A DNA stretch of 64,000 nt from Azolla caroliniana. Taxonomy: Eukaryota; Plantae; Polypodiophyta. The DNA lies in NCBI GenBank assembly GCA_043228905.1, contig JBHGNT010000007.1, positions 9,796,001 through 9,860,000 of the forward strand, written 5' to 3'. This document shows, piece by piece, positions 36,101-48,530 of the stretch. Made by a program: the position numbers and the translations under genes. The notes below the pieces were generated by a model. The model did no database searches, was not told the origin of the DNA, and saw only the letters and a program-made list of their open reading frames with translations. Numbering within the stretch: position 1 is the stretch's first letter; each line of letters starts with the position of its first letter.

Positions 36101-36639
36101 TCCTTGGAGCTTAGTCTTGCTAGTGAACGATACAAGAAGCAGGTTGATCGCCATCGATCTTCCACTCCACACTTTGTCGTTGGAGACATGGTCTGGTTGT
36201 TACATCGACACATCTCTACTACTCATCCATGCGCGAAACTTGATTACAAGAAGTTGGGACCATTCCGTATCATCGAGTGCATCAATCCCGTCGCCTTCCG
36301 GCTCGCCCTTCCATCCCACTTCCAGATTCACGATGTTTTTCATGTCTCCCTCCTCGAACCCCATTATGCTTCACAACTCCCAGGACGTCAGGCCCCACCA
36401 CCACCACCTGTGCAATTGACGACAGGGTAGGAATACGATGTCGACCAAATCCTTGACTCGCGTTGGCACCGTCGACACTTGCAATACCTCGTCCTATGGA
36501 GGGGTTACCCCATGTCTGAGGCCACGTGGGAACCATCGGCAAATTTACAAAATGCCCCAGAGGTCGTCCAAGATTTTCATCACCGATATCCCCACAAACC
36601 AGCGGCCGATTTGGGAAGACGGCGTAGGAGGGGGGATAA
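33128..36639 (+). pseudogene. pol: Chromovirus pol (PR, RT, RH, IN, chromodomain) with stops
   Basis: [53 protein letters not shown], and chromodomain YDVDQILDSR...YLVLWRGYPMSEATWEP. Confidence 0.92.
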
Positions 36640-36994
36640 TGTCAAGATTCGAACTCTTAACACGACATAGTTATAATCTAGTATTATGAGTTAACCAAGA
36701 TATCTAGTACATAGTTATGTATGTAATTGATCCTTATTATTTTGCTAGCATCATGTGCATAGTTGCTCCCTTGTAGTATTTACACTTGGCACATGCATGC
36801 ATACCTACATGCTCTATTGTAGATTCACATGCGTGCAAACAAGTATGCATGCCATGTAGTATAAATAGAGGAGTTCACTTTGAAGGAATTCAAGGTGAAC
36901 AACACCAGTTATGGAGTCTTTCCTTTAATACTATCTTCTTTCTTGTCCATTTGGTTATCTTCTTGCTTGTCTCTTGAGCTTATGATCTGTGACA

Positions 36995-39189
36995 GTGCTA
37001 ATTCAAGGACGGTAGAACCGATGGTGATCTTCACGATGCTGCATGTGCCTTGGAATTTGAAACCAATACCGGTTCCGAGAGCACACCTACCAAAGCTGAT
37101 CGAGCTCTTAAAGGAGAAGGTGACGATGGGAATTCTAGAACCGTCGAACGCTCCTTATTCTAATAGGTGGTTCACGGTACCAAAGAAGAATGGATCGTTG
37201 CGATTTATTCAAGATCTTCAACCCGTCAACAAGGTGACAATTCGGAATGCTGGAATCGGTCCGAGTGTGGATGAATTTGCCGAGGCGTTTGCGGGCCGGT
37301 CCATCTACTCCATCGGCGATCTCTACTCTGGCTACAATCAATTCCAGTTGGCGGTCGACAGTCGTGACATTACAACCATGAGAACTCCAATCGGGTTGGT
37401 GCGGATGTATACCTTACCTCAAGGCGCAACGAACTCGGTGGCTCATATGGTGAATGCCATGAACAAGGAGGTCTTGAAGGACTGCATCCCGGATATCACG
37501 ATGCCATTCTTAGATGATATTCCGATAAAAGGATGTTCGAATGAAGAGAAGGATGAATCAAAAGATAAGGATGGATGTAGAAAGTTCGTCATGGATCATA
37601 TGAAAGATTGCGAGAAGGTGCTCCAAAGGCTCGAAGATGCGAATTTGACATTTTCGGGAGAAAAATCCGCATTCGGGCAACCGGAGATCCTGGTGGTAGG
37701 TCACTTGTGTGGAGCATACGGTCAGAAGCCTTCGCCATCCAAGGTGAATGCAATCCAAGACATGAAAGAAGATCGACATTCTGATGAAGATGATGTTGGC
37801 CTGGATTTCTTTGCAAGTTCCTATGCTTGGGTGTTGACTACTTTCATAGAAGAGGACTACGAAGGCGAATTCGTGGAGATCGGGAAATACTTGAGTTCTC
37901 TCCAAAAAGATGAATCATGGTCGACGGAAGACTTCCATCGAATTCGGAAGAAAGCATACAAGTATTTCCTTAAGGATGGAGCTCTTTGGAAGCATGCAAA
38001 AAAGAAGAATGGGACTCCGATGAGAGTTGTCTGCAAGCTAGAAGACCAACAAAAACTAATGTCCGAATTTCATGATAGTGTTTTTGCAAGCCATCGAGGA
38101 ATATGGGCTACGTTTGCGAAGCTTAAGGAGAAATATTGGTGGCCGGGCATCTACAAAGATGTAGCAGCTTATGTGGAAACATGTAAGGAATGTCAGATGT
38201 TTTCGAATATTCGCCATCGAGATGGACTTCATCTGACTTACCCGTTGGCTATGCATTACAAGTGGATGGTGGACATCGTGATGATGCCAATGGGGCGATG
38301 GAAGATGAAGTATCTTGTGCTCGCAAGAGAGGATATTACCAATCAAGTTGAAGGGCGCGCATTAAGAACTAAGGAGACATCATCGGTATGTCGATTCCTT
38401 CTTGAAGATGTTATTTGCAGATATGGATGCGTCGGCAAGATAGTGGCTGATAGAGGCGAGTTGGACGCCAATGAAGCTAGAGAATTCTTCTCGAGGATGG
38501 GAATCAAATTATCTCTTACCATGGCGTATACTCCGGAAGTAAATTGGAAGGTGGAACGTGGACATGGACCGATTGTGAAGGCTCTAGTGAAAGCTTGCCA
38601 TGGGAAAATAGGAGAATGGCCGCGTCTATTGCCATTTGCATTATGGGCTGACAGGACTACTCATAGCAAGGTTACGGGATACATGCCGGCAGAGCTCATA
38701 TTCGGACAAAAGCCAATAATGCCGGTAGAACAAAGTATTATTTCATGGTTTGCATTGCCATGGAAAGATGAGATAAGTAGAGAAGATCTTCTAGCATTAA
38801 GGATTCGACAATTAGAGCGGAATTTGGAAAATATAGAGGTGGCTAAAGCGCGGCTAAAGAATGCAAGGCTAAAGAACAAAAAAGACTTCGATAAACGACA
38901 TCAACTTCGGCCGAGGAAAATAGTTGAAGGAGATAGAGTGCTAGTCTATGACAGTAGCCTAGATAACTTACATAGTACGGCTCGGAAATTCTCACAACGA
39001 TGGTTTGGGTCATATGTGGTGAAGAAAGTGGAAGATAATGCAACATATCATTTAGTAGAACTGGATGGTACACCACTTGCCTTGCCAATTGCCGGTAAAA
39101 GAATCAAGATCTTCAAGAGAAGAGATAGAATAGAAATTGGATTCGAAGCTTTTGACGATTCCGTCTTAAGCATCGATGAAAAAGTATAG
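36995..39189 (+). pseudogene. pol: Gypsy B RT-integrase; RNase H removed by an in-frame deletion at ~37775
   Basis: RT PFLDDIPIKG...VNAIQDMKE is fused directly to the IN-proximal DEDDVGL. The RH motifs seen in sister elements are absent. Confidence 0.88.
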
Positions 39190-39256
39190 TAAACAAAAAT
39201 GAATCCTCACCAAAATTGGCACATACCGGTGGATGTGCAGGTTTGGTGGGGGCGAA

Positions 39257-40494
39257 TGTCGTGTGAATCTTCACACACTATGTAAAACAATAATAATAAT
39301 GAAATAATTATTATAGATTAGATTAGTAGCTTACTATAGAAAGATGGATATACTCAAGAGCTTCAAAATGTTTTTTACTATATACAAAATGTTTTTTACT
39401 ATATACAATACATATCAAGTTATGTAAAAATAAAGTTTGAGAAGATAGGGAAATTAGAACTATCCCACATAGATATGAAAGTTAAGGCCCTGGCTATATA
39501 AGCACCTTGAGCTCCCTCATTTTTCATTGGTGCTAAGAGCACTTTGGCCATTTTGTCTTAATGGATGATGGTGGCCAAATTCCCTAAAACCGAAAATTGG
39601 CCGGTAAACAAATCCGGAAACCGGCCGGTAAGCAAATCCGAAAACTGGTCCGGTATGCAAATCCGGAAATTGGCCGGTAAGCAAAACCAGAACCGGAACC
39701 GGCAAGCAAACCGGCACCGGAACCGGAACAGACAAGCAAACCGGAACCGGCCGGCAAGCAAAAATGGAACCGGCCGGCAAGCAAAACTGGAACTGGAACC
39801 GGCAAGCAAAACTGGAACTGGAACCGGCAAGCAAACCGAAAACCGGCTTGTATGAAAACCGGAAATCGGCCGGCAAGCAAAACCGCAACCGGCAGCAAAA
39901 CCGGAAACCGGCCGGTAAGCAAAACCAGAACCTGAATCGGCCGGCAAGCAAAACCGAACCCGCAACCGGCAAGCAAAAAGGAACCGGCTGGCGAGGGATT
40001 CGGCGATCAGGCGGAACCGGCTACCGGACGAGGTTGGATGCAGACGGAATAAAGATGGGCTCATGCAACAAACTAAAGTAATGTGAAGAGAACTAAAGTA
40101 AAGGTCATGTGGACGCAAGCAACAAAAGTTGGAGTGCATGCAAAAAGTAAAGGTCGTGTGGATGGTCACATGCAACTAAAAATAGATGCAACTAAAAAAA
40201 AAAGCTAGGCAACTAAAAGTAGAGGCCATGCAACAAAAAGTGGAAAGGCTATGATCAAGGGAGAACTCTATATATATTCAATTTTTTTCTTACACTCAGA
40301 CTCTTCATATTATCTGAATTTTTTTCCTTTTCTTTGGGAGCTCTCTTATCTTATCGAAGCCAATAACCCTAATCTTCCCTACGGAAGCTATCTCTCAAGT
40401 AAACCATAATTTCCATACGGAAGCAATCTCTCAAAATCCAAAATTCCTTGTCAAAGCCATATCACTCAAGAATCATAATCTCTTATTTCCTCTA
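39257..40494 (+). repeat. Gypsy B 3' LTR (truncated, expanded AACCGG minisatellite)
   Basis: Matches 27588-28620, then switches to Gypsy A LTR sequence. Confidence 0.88.
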
Positions 40495-41688
40495 ATTGAT
40501 GAGATATTGTGTTCCTCAAATCTAAAGTAAAAGGTTCAATCTTGATCTCTCTCTCCATTTCAATCTTTCTCAATGTAAATTCAAGTGTTCTATCTTAAAT
40601 ACTTTCTCGCTTGCACTTCGAATCCTTCCAGTCCAGAAACCTGGCGGTTCCCCCTCACAATCCGCACGTAGTGACGGATCTTCCAGACATAATTAAGTGG
40701 TGAACCCGACGTGAAAGAAGCGGTAGGAAGGATTAAGTCGAGTATCAACCAATACCTGGAGATGGCATCCTCAAGCAATCAAACAGGAGAATTCGGAAGG
40801 ATGATGTTAATTGTCGAACAAATGATGAGATCTCGAGACAATGATGCGAGTGTGGAAAAGGCCATCGACTGTGTCGTAGACCTTAAGGGTCAATTTGACG
40901 AAAGGAACATTACAAAGTTCCTTGATGCATACAAAAGGGAGATGAATCAAAGGGATGTGTCTAAAGCACGTCAAATCACAAGTTTAAAGAGAGTGGTCGT
41001 CAACAACATCCAAAGGCGCGTCATCGAGCTTCAAGAAGGGAAGACAACGTGGTCGGAGTTCGAGAAAGCGATATTAGTGGAGTTCGCGACGGAAGATTTG
41101 TCGAGGATGACTGACATGCCTTGATGAAGTGGATAGAAAATAAGAATAAGAGGATAAGCGCTTCGAGGGTGTACGACGGTTTCGACCAAATGTTTCGTCG
41201 TCTCCACACCACAAACCAAGTGCTGCTTGAGGAGGACCAGACTTTGTACTTCTTGAAAGCTATGGACATGAAGGATAGACGAGAATTGGGGACTCTCCTT
41301 GAAGATGATACCCAAGCAAACGGGCTTGTGGCAAACTCGATTGTGGTAAAGCGGGCGTGCAATAGGCTCGACAAGCGTCGTCAGTGGGTTGATGACACCG
41401 ACTTGGAAGGATCGACTATCGCGGAGAAAACAAGACAACCGAAAGTAGCTGAGCCGCCCAAACAAAGCAGCTTGGAAGAAAAGAAGATTGATGATGACAT
41501 CATTGAAGAACTAGCGAAGAAGTTCGAGATGGTCACACTAGCCAACATGAATCATCGGGGCCCCAAAGGAAAAGAACCCTTTGGATGCGTGTGGTGCGAT
41601 AGCATGGACCACATGAGAAGGGATTGCGCGAGCCTTCGAGATGCCATCCGACAAAATATCGTATACATGGATGACAACATGATCTGCT
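40494..41688 (+). mobile_element. Gypsy A LTR tail, PBS and 5' gag (second copy)
   Basis: Near-identical to ~25513-26706. Confidence 0.88.
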
Positions 41689-42567
41689 TGACGGGAACTA
41701 CACGTCCACTATGCGCAACGCTAGGCCACAACCGAGCTTAGAATCATACACAAAAAAAAAAGGAATGAATGCACGACACAGTGAAGAGAAGAGTACACTA
41801 GATGTTTACGTGGAAAACCCAAACTAGGGAAAAACCACGGTAACCCACAGGCTGCAAACTATCACTATGTTACAGTGTACAACAGTAAATCACCGAGGCA
41901 AGAACCTTGAGCTTTCTATCTTCACCATAGGCGGTGGTTACAACAGAGGCAACGACCTCTTCCTCTCTCTCTCTCTCTGTACACAGTTACGCACTCTGAT
42001 CTCTTGCGCCAACAAGAATGAGAACGACTTTTCATAAAAGTTTGCCCTAAGTCATATTTATACTAATATGACTTTTCGGCTATTTACAAATATAGCCACG
42101 ATGGACTCTCAGAAACATATTTACGAATATGTCTCTTCATCCGGTGAGCATTCCTCACCGGGTCTGCACCATCCAGCTGTCTGTAGCCGGGTACTCCTCA
42201 TTTAGTTCTCACCGGGTCTGCACCATCCGGCTCTCCGTAGCCGAGTACTCCTCATCCGGTTCTCACCGGGTCTGCACCATCCGGCTCTCCGTAGCCGGGT
42301 ACTCCTCATCCGGTTTGCTCATCAGCACTATTCTTCTCCCTTCCCATCCGGATGGACCTGTCTCCCAACAAACTCCCCCTTCACTCCGGCATGGGGTGTC
42401 TTACTAGTCCGATCCGCTTCCGGCATGCATCCAACTTGTCGGGTATCAGCACTTTGGTCAGCATATCTGACCCATTCTCGGCCGTGTGGATCTTCGTCAG
42501 CGCGAACACCTGGTCATCTACTCTTTCCCAGATTCAGTGATACCTTCGTTGGATATGCTTCATTCGG

Positions 42568-43904
42568 TGTCGTGTGAATCTTCACACACTATGTAAAACA
42601 ATAATAATAATGAAATAATTATTATAGATTAGATTAGTAGCTTACTATAGAAAGATGGATATACTCAAGAGCTTCAAAATGTTTTTTACTATATACAAAA
42701 TGGAGAAATACATATCAAGTTATGTGAAAATAAAGTTTGAGAAGATAGGGAAATTAGAACTATCCCACATAGATATGAAAGTTAAGGCCCTGGCTATATT
42801 AGCACCTTGAGCTCCCTCATTTTTCATTGGTGCTAAGAGCACTTTGGCCACTTTGTCTTAATGGATGATGGTGGCCAAATTCCCTCAAACCGAAAATTGG
42901 CCGGTAAACAAATCCGGAAACCGGCCGGTAAGCAAATCCGAAAACCGGTCCGGTATGCAAATCCGAAAAACGGCCGGTAAGCAAATCCGGAACCGGAACC
43001 CAGCCGGGAGCTCGAACCGGCAAGCAAACTGGCCCGAAACTGGAACCGACAAGCAAACCGGAACCGGTCGGCAAGCAAAAATGGAACCGGAACCGGCAAG
43101 CAAACCGGAAATCGGCCAGCAAGCAAACCCGCAACCGCAACCGGCAAGCAAAAAGGAACCGGCCGGCGAGGGATTTGGCGATCGGGCGGAACCAGCTACC
43201 AGACGAGGTTGGATGCGGACGGACGGAAGATGGGATCATGCAACAAACTAAAGTAAAGTGAAGAGAACTAAAGTAAAGGCCATGTGGACGCAAGCAACTA
43301 AAGTTGGAGTGCATGCAAAAAGTAAAGGTCATGTGGATGGTCACATGCAACTAAAAGGAAAAGCCATGCAACTAAAAATAGATGCAACTAAAAGAAAAAG
43401 CTAGGCAACTAAAAGTAGAGGCCATGCAACAAAAAGTGGAAAGGCTATGATCAAGGGAGAACTCTATATATATTCAATTTTTTTCTTACACTCAGACTCT
43501 TCATATTATCTGAATTTTTTTCCTTTTCTTTGGGAGCTCTCTTATCTTATCGAAGCCAATAACCCTAATCTTCCCTATGGAAGCTATCTCTCAAGTAAAC
43601 CATAATTTCCATACGGAAGCAATCTCTCAAAATCCAAAATTCCTTGTCAAAGCCATATCACTCAAGAATCATAATCTCTTATTTCCTCTAATCTATTATT
43701 CTAGTAATCTCCTTAAGATAAAACTTTTGTAATCCCAATCTTGGGATTGATTGTAATTTTTCTTTCTACTTGTTAATGAAATTTGTTAATCTTTCTCATT
43801 TCGGTTAATTCTTAGTACATAAATACACGAATTTGATATCCTCTAGTCAAAGGCCCCGGGGTCTTGCCTCAACGTTCACGTATCCTTGTCGAATTTTTGC
43901 AACA
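42568..43904 (+). mobile_element. Solo LTR of Gypsy B inside Copia RNase H
   Basis: Complete LTR flanked by tcgg/ctgg (degenerate CCGG TSD); the Copia reading AYHS|RTKHI resumes across it. Confidence 0.88.
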
Positions 43905-46900
43905 CTGGGAATGGTAGGCCGCATTCTTAGCAAGGTGGATGTCACTTTGACTCTCCCAATAGAGCCGATATTCATCTTGCCTGATACCGAGCTCTCCGAT
44001 GAAGTCCTTCATCCATAATATTTCCTTGCCGGCTTCCACAACCGCCATGTACTTCGCCTCCGTGGGTTACAACGCAACCGTCTTCTGCAGTCTCGACTGC
44101 CACGAAACAGCTCCCCCTGCATATGTCATTACATACCCAGATGTAGACCGCCTGGTATCCACATCAGCCGACATGTCCGAATCGGTGAAACCATCAAGTT
44201 GAGGTTTTCCGGAGCCAAATCGGAGACACATACTGGTAGTGCCCTTCAAGTACCGGAGTATCCATTTGACCGCGTTCCAGTGCTCCTTGCCGGGAATGCT
44301 CATAAACCGGCTCACCACTCCGACTGCGTATCCTATATCCAGTCGAGTACAAACCATTGCGTACATTAAGCTCCCGACGGCAGAGGCATATGGAAACTTC
44401 ATCATATCCGCCTTCTCTGCTTTCTTCTTCGACCTTTGCTTACCGGATAGCCTGCTGTTTGTCGGAAGTGTTGATCCGACCGGTTTCGCATCTGACATGT
44501 TAAACCGTTGAAGCACCTTTGCACGTATTTCTCCTGTGACAGCCACAGTTGCTTCATTGGCCGGTTCCGGATGATATGCATCCCCAACATCTGTCTTGCC
44601 AGACCCAAGTCTTTCATTGAGAAGGTCCGGTTGAGAGCCTTCTTCAGCATCCGGATTCTAGCTTGGTCCCGTCCGACGATCAACATGTCGTCCATGTACA
44701 GAAGGAGTATCAGGAAGTCGCCTCCTTCGAACTTCTTCACAAACACACAGTGATCGGCCTGCGTTTTGTGGTACCCTTGATCGGTCATGAAGGAGTCGAA
44801 CTTCCGGTACATTGTCGAGGAGCCTGCTTCAGTCCGTACAGGCTCTTCTTCAACAGGCAAACCAAGTGCTCCTTCCCTTTCTCCACGAATCCTTCCGGTT
44901 GCTGCATGTAGATCTCCTCTTCGAGGTCGCCGTGAAGGAATGCCGGCTTCACGTCCAACTGCTCTACCTCGAGGTCCATGCTTGCCGCTATACTTAGCAC
45001 CGTCCGGATGGAGGTCATCTTTACTACCGGGGCAAATATCTCGTCGAAGTCCATGCCCTTCTTCTGCTGGAACCCCTTCACCATGATCCTAGCTTTGTAT
45101 CTCGAGGGGTTGCCAGCATCTCCCGGTTTCAACTTGTACACCCACTTGTTTCGGAGTGCCCGTTTTCCTTTCGGCAACTCCACCAATTCGTACGTATGGT
45201 TCTCATGCAGGGAATCCATCTCATCCTGCATGGCACTTAACCATTTGCAGCTGTGGGTGTCATCCTTCGCTTCTTCGAAGCTTTCCGACTCCCCCTCATC
45301 GGTCAGCAGAACATGCTCTGCATCCGGAAATCTCCGGGGGGCCCTTCTCTCTCTGAGAGGATATCTCCGTCTTCGGGCTTCGGTAACCGGCTCCTCCATT
45401 TTCTCTTCATCCGAATCTGATTCGGGGTCTTGGCCGGTTCCGGTTTCACCTTCCTCTACTTCTTCTTCAGCCTGTTCGGTATCCTCACCGTAACCGGCTG
45501 GTCCCTCGAGTGCTAACCGGTCTCTTGCCGGTTGGGTCTGCTCATCGTAGAATCGATCCTTAACGGTCGACTCGGAGTTCATTATCTTCTTCTCTGACTC
45601 CCAGTCGGCGAGCGTCTTGTCCTCCATGAAGATAATATCTCGACTCCGGAATACCTTCTTGTCGACCAGGACCCACATTCGGTAGCCGAACTCATCGTCG
45701 CCGTAACCGAGGAATATGCATGCCCGGGTCTTTGGATCTAACTTTCCTCTCCGGTCCTTAGCTACATGCATGTACACGAGACACCCGAACATCTTCAAAT
45801 GCCGGTAGGATACTTCCTTACTGGTCCATACTCTTTGTGGTGTGTCTCCGTCCAAGGGTACTGAGGGTGATCTGTTTATCACATATGTCGTCGTCGACAG
45901 TGCCTCAGCCCAAAACTTCTTGGGTAGTTTTGCATGCGCTAGCATACTCCGGACCCTCTCCATTATGGTTTGGTTCATCCTCTCGGCCAACCCGTTTAGT
46001 TCCGGCGTCTTCGGCACGGTAAATTCGAGCCGGATTCCCTTCGAGCGACAATACTCCTCGAACTGCCCCCGGTATTCTCCTCCGTTATCTACTCGAACCG
46101 CCTTCAGCTTCCGACTGGTTTCTCTTTCCACTCTCTCGTGGAGCTCTTTGAAGACGGATAGCACCTAATCCTTCGTCTTCAACGGTGTGGCCCAAAGCTT
46201 CCGGTTGTGGTCATCTATGAACGTCACGAAGTACTGCGATCCTGCATGTGACTTCGTGTCCACTTGACACACGTCAATATGCACCAACTCCAGTGGTGCA
46301 TTACGTCTCATCGGTGGCCTTGGTCGAAAGGAGGTCCGGTTTTGCTTATCGGCCAGACAATCAGTGCACTTCTCCAAGTGCACATTCTTCCCTGGAATGA
46401 GGTTGTCGTCCGCAAGCCTCTTCATCCCCTTCTCGCTCATGTGACACAGCCTTTTGTGCCACAGCTCACCGGCAGTGTCGGATGCCACGTTCACTTCCTC
46501 CGGACATAACCGGGCATTCATCAAGTACAACATGTTTACCTTCCGGGCCCGAGCCACAATCAGGCTCCCTTTGCTAAACTTCATAACACCGTTTCGAATG
46601 CTACCCGTGTAGCCTTCATCATCTAGCCGACCAGCTGATATCAGGTTCAGACGAACCTTCGGAACGTGTCGGACATCCTTCAGCAGTAGCTTGCATCCGG
46701 TTGGTGTTGCCAGCCACACGTCTCCTATGCCGACAATTCGGCATGTACCTTCATTCCCCATCCGGACACAACCGTGATCACTGGCTGAGTAGGATGAGAA
46801 GCACTTCCGGTCCGGGGTAAGGTGGAACGACGCTCCGGAGTCTACCACCCAGGTCATCTCGTCGCCGGCAAGGTTTATCTCACTCTCCTCGATGATGAGC

Positions 46901-47766
46901 ATCAACTCTTCTGCACTTGCCGTGATTGCCATCGTTCCCTTCCGGTCCGGCCCCCTCCGGTCTTTACCGTTCCGGTCCGGGGTCCGCTTCGAATCGGTAC
47001 CGTCGGTTTCCTTGTCTTTTCGGAAATGCCGACAGTTCTTTTGGAAGTGTCCCGGCTTGCCCCAATAGAACCAAGTAGGCCTCCCCCTGGACTTTGACCG
47101 TGTCCCCGACTTCTCCCGGTTCTGGGGACTACGGTTTCTATGTCTTCTGCGTTCCGATTCGGTAAGGAGCGCTTTGGAGCCGGAGCTCGTATCCTTATCT
47201 TTCCGACTTGCCTCCTCATCTAGCAAGCTCGACTTCACTCTTGCTAGGGATAACTGTTTTTCTTCCGGCCCGGTGTTGCCCAAAGTGACAACCAACGTCT
47301 CCCAGCTATCCGGGAGGGAGCCGAGCAGGAGTAGCGCTAGTACCTCATCGGCGAGAGGTACTTCCAATGATGTTGCCTGGTGGATCAGCCCCTGGAAGGC
47401 ATTCATGTGCTCTGCCATGCTGGAGCCATCTTGGTACCGGAGTCTTACTAGCTTCCGGAATACCGAAACCTAATTAACAACATTTTTGTTCTGAAACATA
47501 ATGTCGATCTTCTCCCAGAGCTCATGAGCCTTGCTCTCTTCATTGAAGTTGTTGTATAGACTCATGTCGATGAAGCACCGTATGTACGCCGTTGTTTTCA
47601 TGTGCATCACCTCCCATATCGCGGCGTCGATTTTTTCCGGTCTCTTGTTCCCGAACTGAACCGGCAGCCAAAGGTCTTTAACCACGAGCATGTCCCTCAT
47701 CTTCGACTTCCACACCGAATAGTTGGAGCCGGTGAGCTTGAACATGCCTCCCAACGAATCATCCAT
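43905..47766 (-). pseudogene. Copia polyprotein with stops and frameshifts
   Basis: [77 protein letters not shown]. Confidence 0.92.
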
Positions 47767-48530
47767 TTTCTGTGTTGCCTTCCTCTGATACCACTTGACG
47801 AGAACTACACGTCCCCTATGCGCAACGCTCGGCCACAACCGAGCTTAGAATCATACACAAAAAAAACAGGAATGAATGCACAACACAGTGAAGAGAAGAG
47901 TACACTGGATGTTTACGTGGAAAACCCAAACTAGGGAAAAACCACGGCAGCCCACAGGCTGCAAACTATCACTATGTTACAAGTGTACAACAGTAAAGCA
48001 CTGAGGCAACAACCTCGAGCTTTCTATCTTCGCCACAGGCGGCGGTTACAACAGAGGCAACGACCTCTTCCTCTCTCTCTCTCTGTACACAGTTACGCAC
48101 TCTGATCTCTTGCGCCAACAAGAATGACAACGACTTTTCATAAAAGTTTGCCCTAAGTCATATTTATACTAATATGACTTTTCGGCTATTTACAAATATA
48201 GTCACGATGGACCCTCAGAAACATATTTACGAATATGTCTCTTCATCCGGTGAACACTTCTCACCGGGTCTGCACCATTCGGCTCTCCGTAGCCGGGTAC
48301 TCCTCATCCGGTTCTCATCGGGTCCGCACCATCCGGCTCTTCGTAGCCGAGTACTCCTCATCTGGTTCTCACCGGGTCTGCACCATCCGGCTCTCCGTAG
48401 CTGGGTACTCCTCATCCGGTTCTCACCGGGTCTGCACCATCCGGCTCTCCGTAGCCGGGTACTCGTCATCCGGTTTGCTCATCAATATTGTTCTTCTCCC
48501 TTCCCATCCGGAGGGACCTATCTCCTAGCA

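Larger units (their letters stand above)
31702..36994 (+). mobile_element. Chromovirus (Tcn1/Tf1-like) Gypsy, full length, decayed
   Basis: LTRs 31702-32055 and 36640-36994 (TGTCA...TGACA), 5-bp TSD atgct/gtgct, PPT aggaggggggataa, gag-PR-RT-RH-IN-chromodomain. Confidence 0.95.
27588..40494 (+). mobile_element. Gypsy B (tRNA-Trp primed), inserted in Copia RNase H
   Basis: 5' LTR 27588-28832, PBS, gag, protease, RT, IN, PPT, and a 3' LTR from 39257 truncated at ~40494. Confidence 0.9.
41689..48530 (-). mobile_element. Ty1/Copia (Tnt1/Tork-like), full length, decayed, inserted in Gypsy A gag
   Basis: LTRs 41689-42370 and 47796-48530, 5-bp TSD ctgct (41684-41688 and 48531-48535), iMet PBS TGGTATCAGAG, gag-PR-IN-RT-RH order. 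Confidence 0.95.

Noticed and set aside
36880-39189. 769-aa ORF with a hydrophobic N-terminus as a novel fusion protein
   Set aside because: The N-terminus is chance read-through of the chromovirus 3' LTR into deleted Gypsy B pol.
39517-40175. Overlapping Arg/Phe/Cys-rich ORFs in all frames (also ~27.9 kb and ~42.9 kb)
   Set aside because: These are translations of a stop-poor LTR minisatellite.
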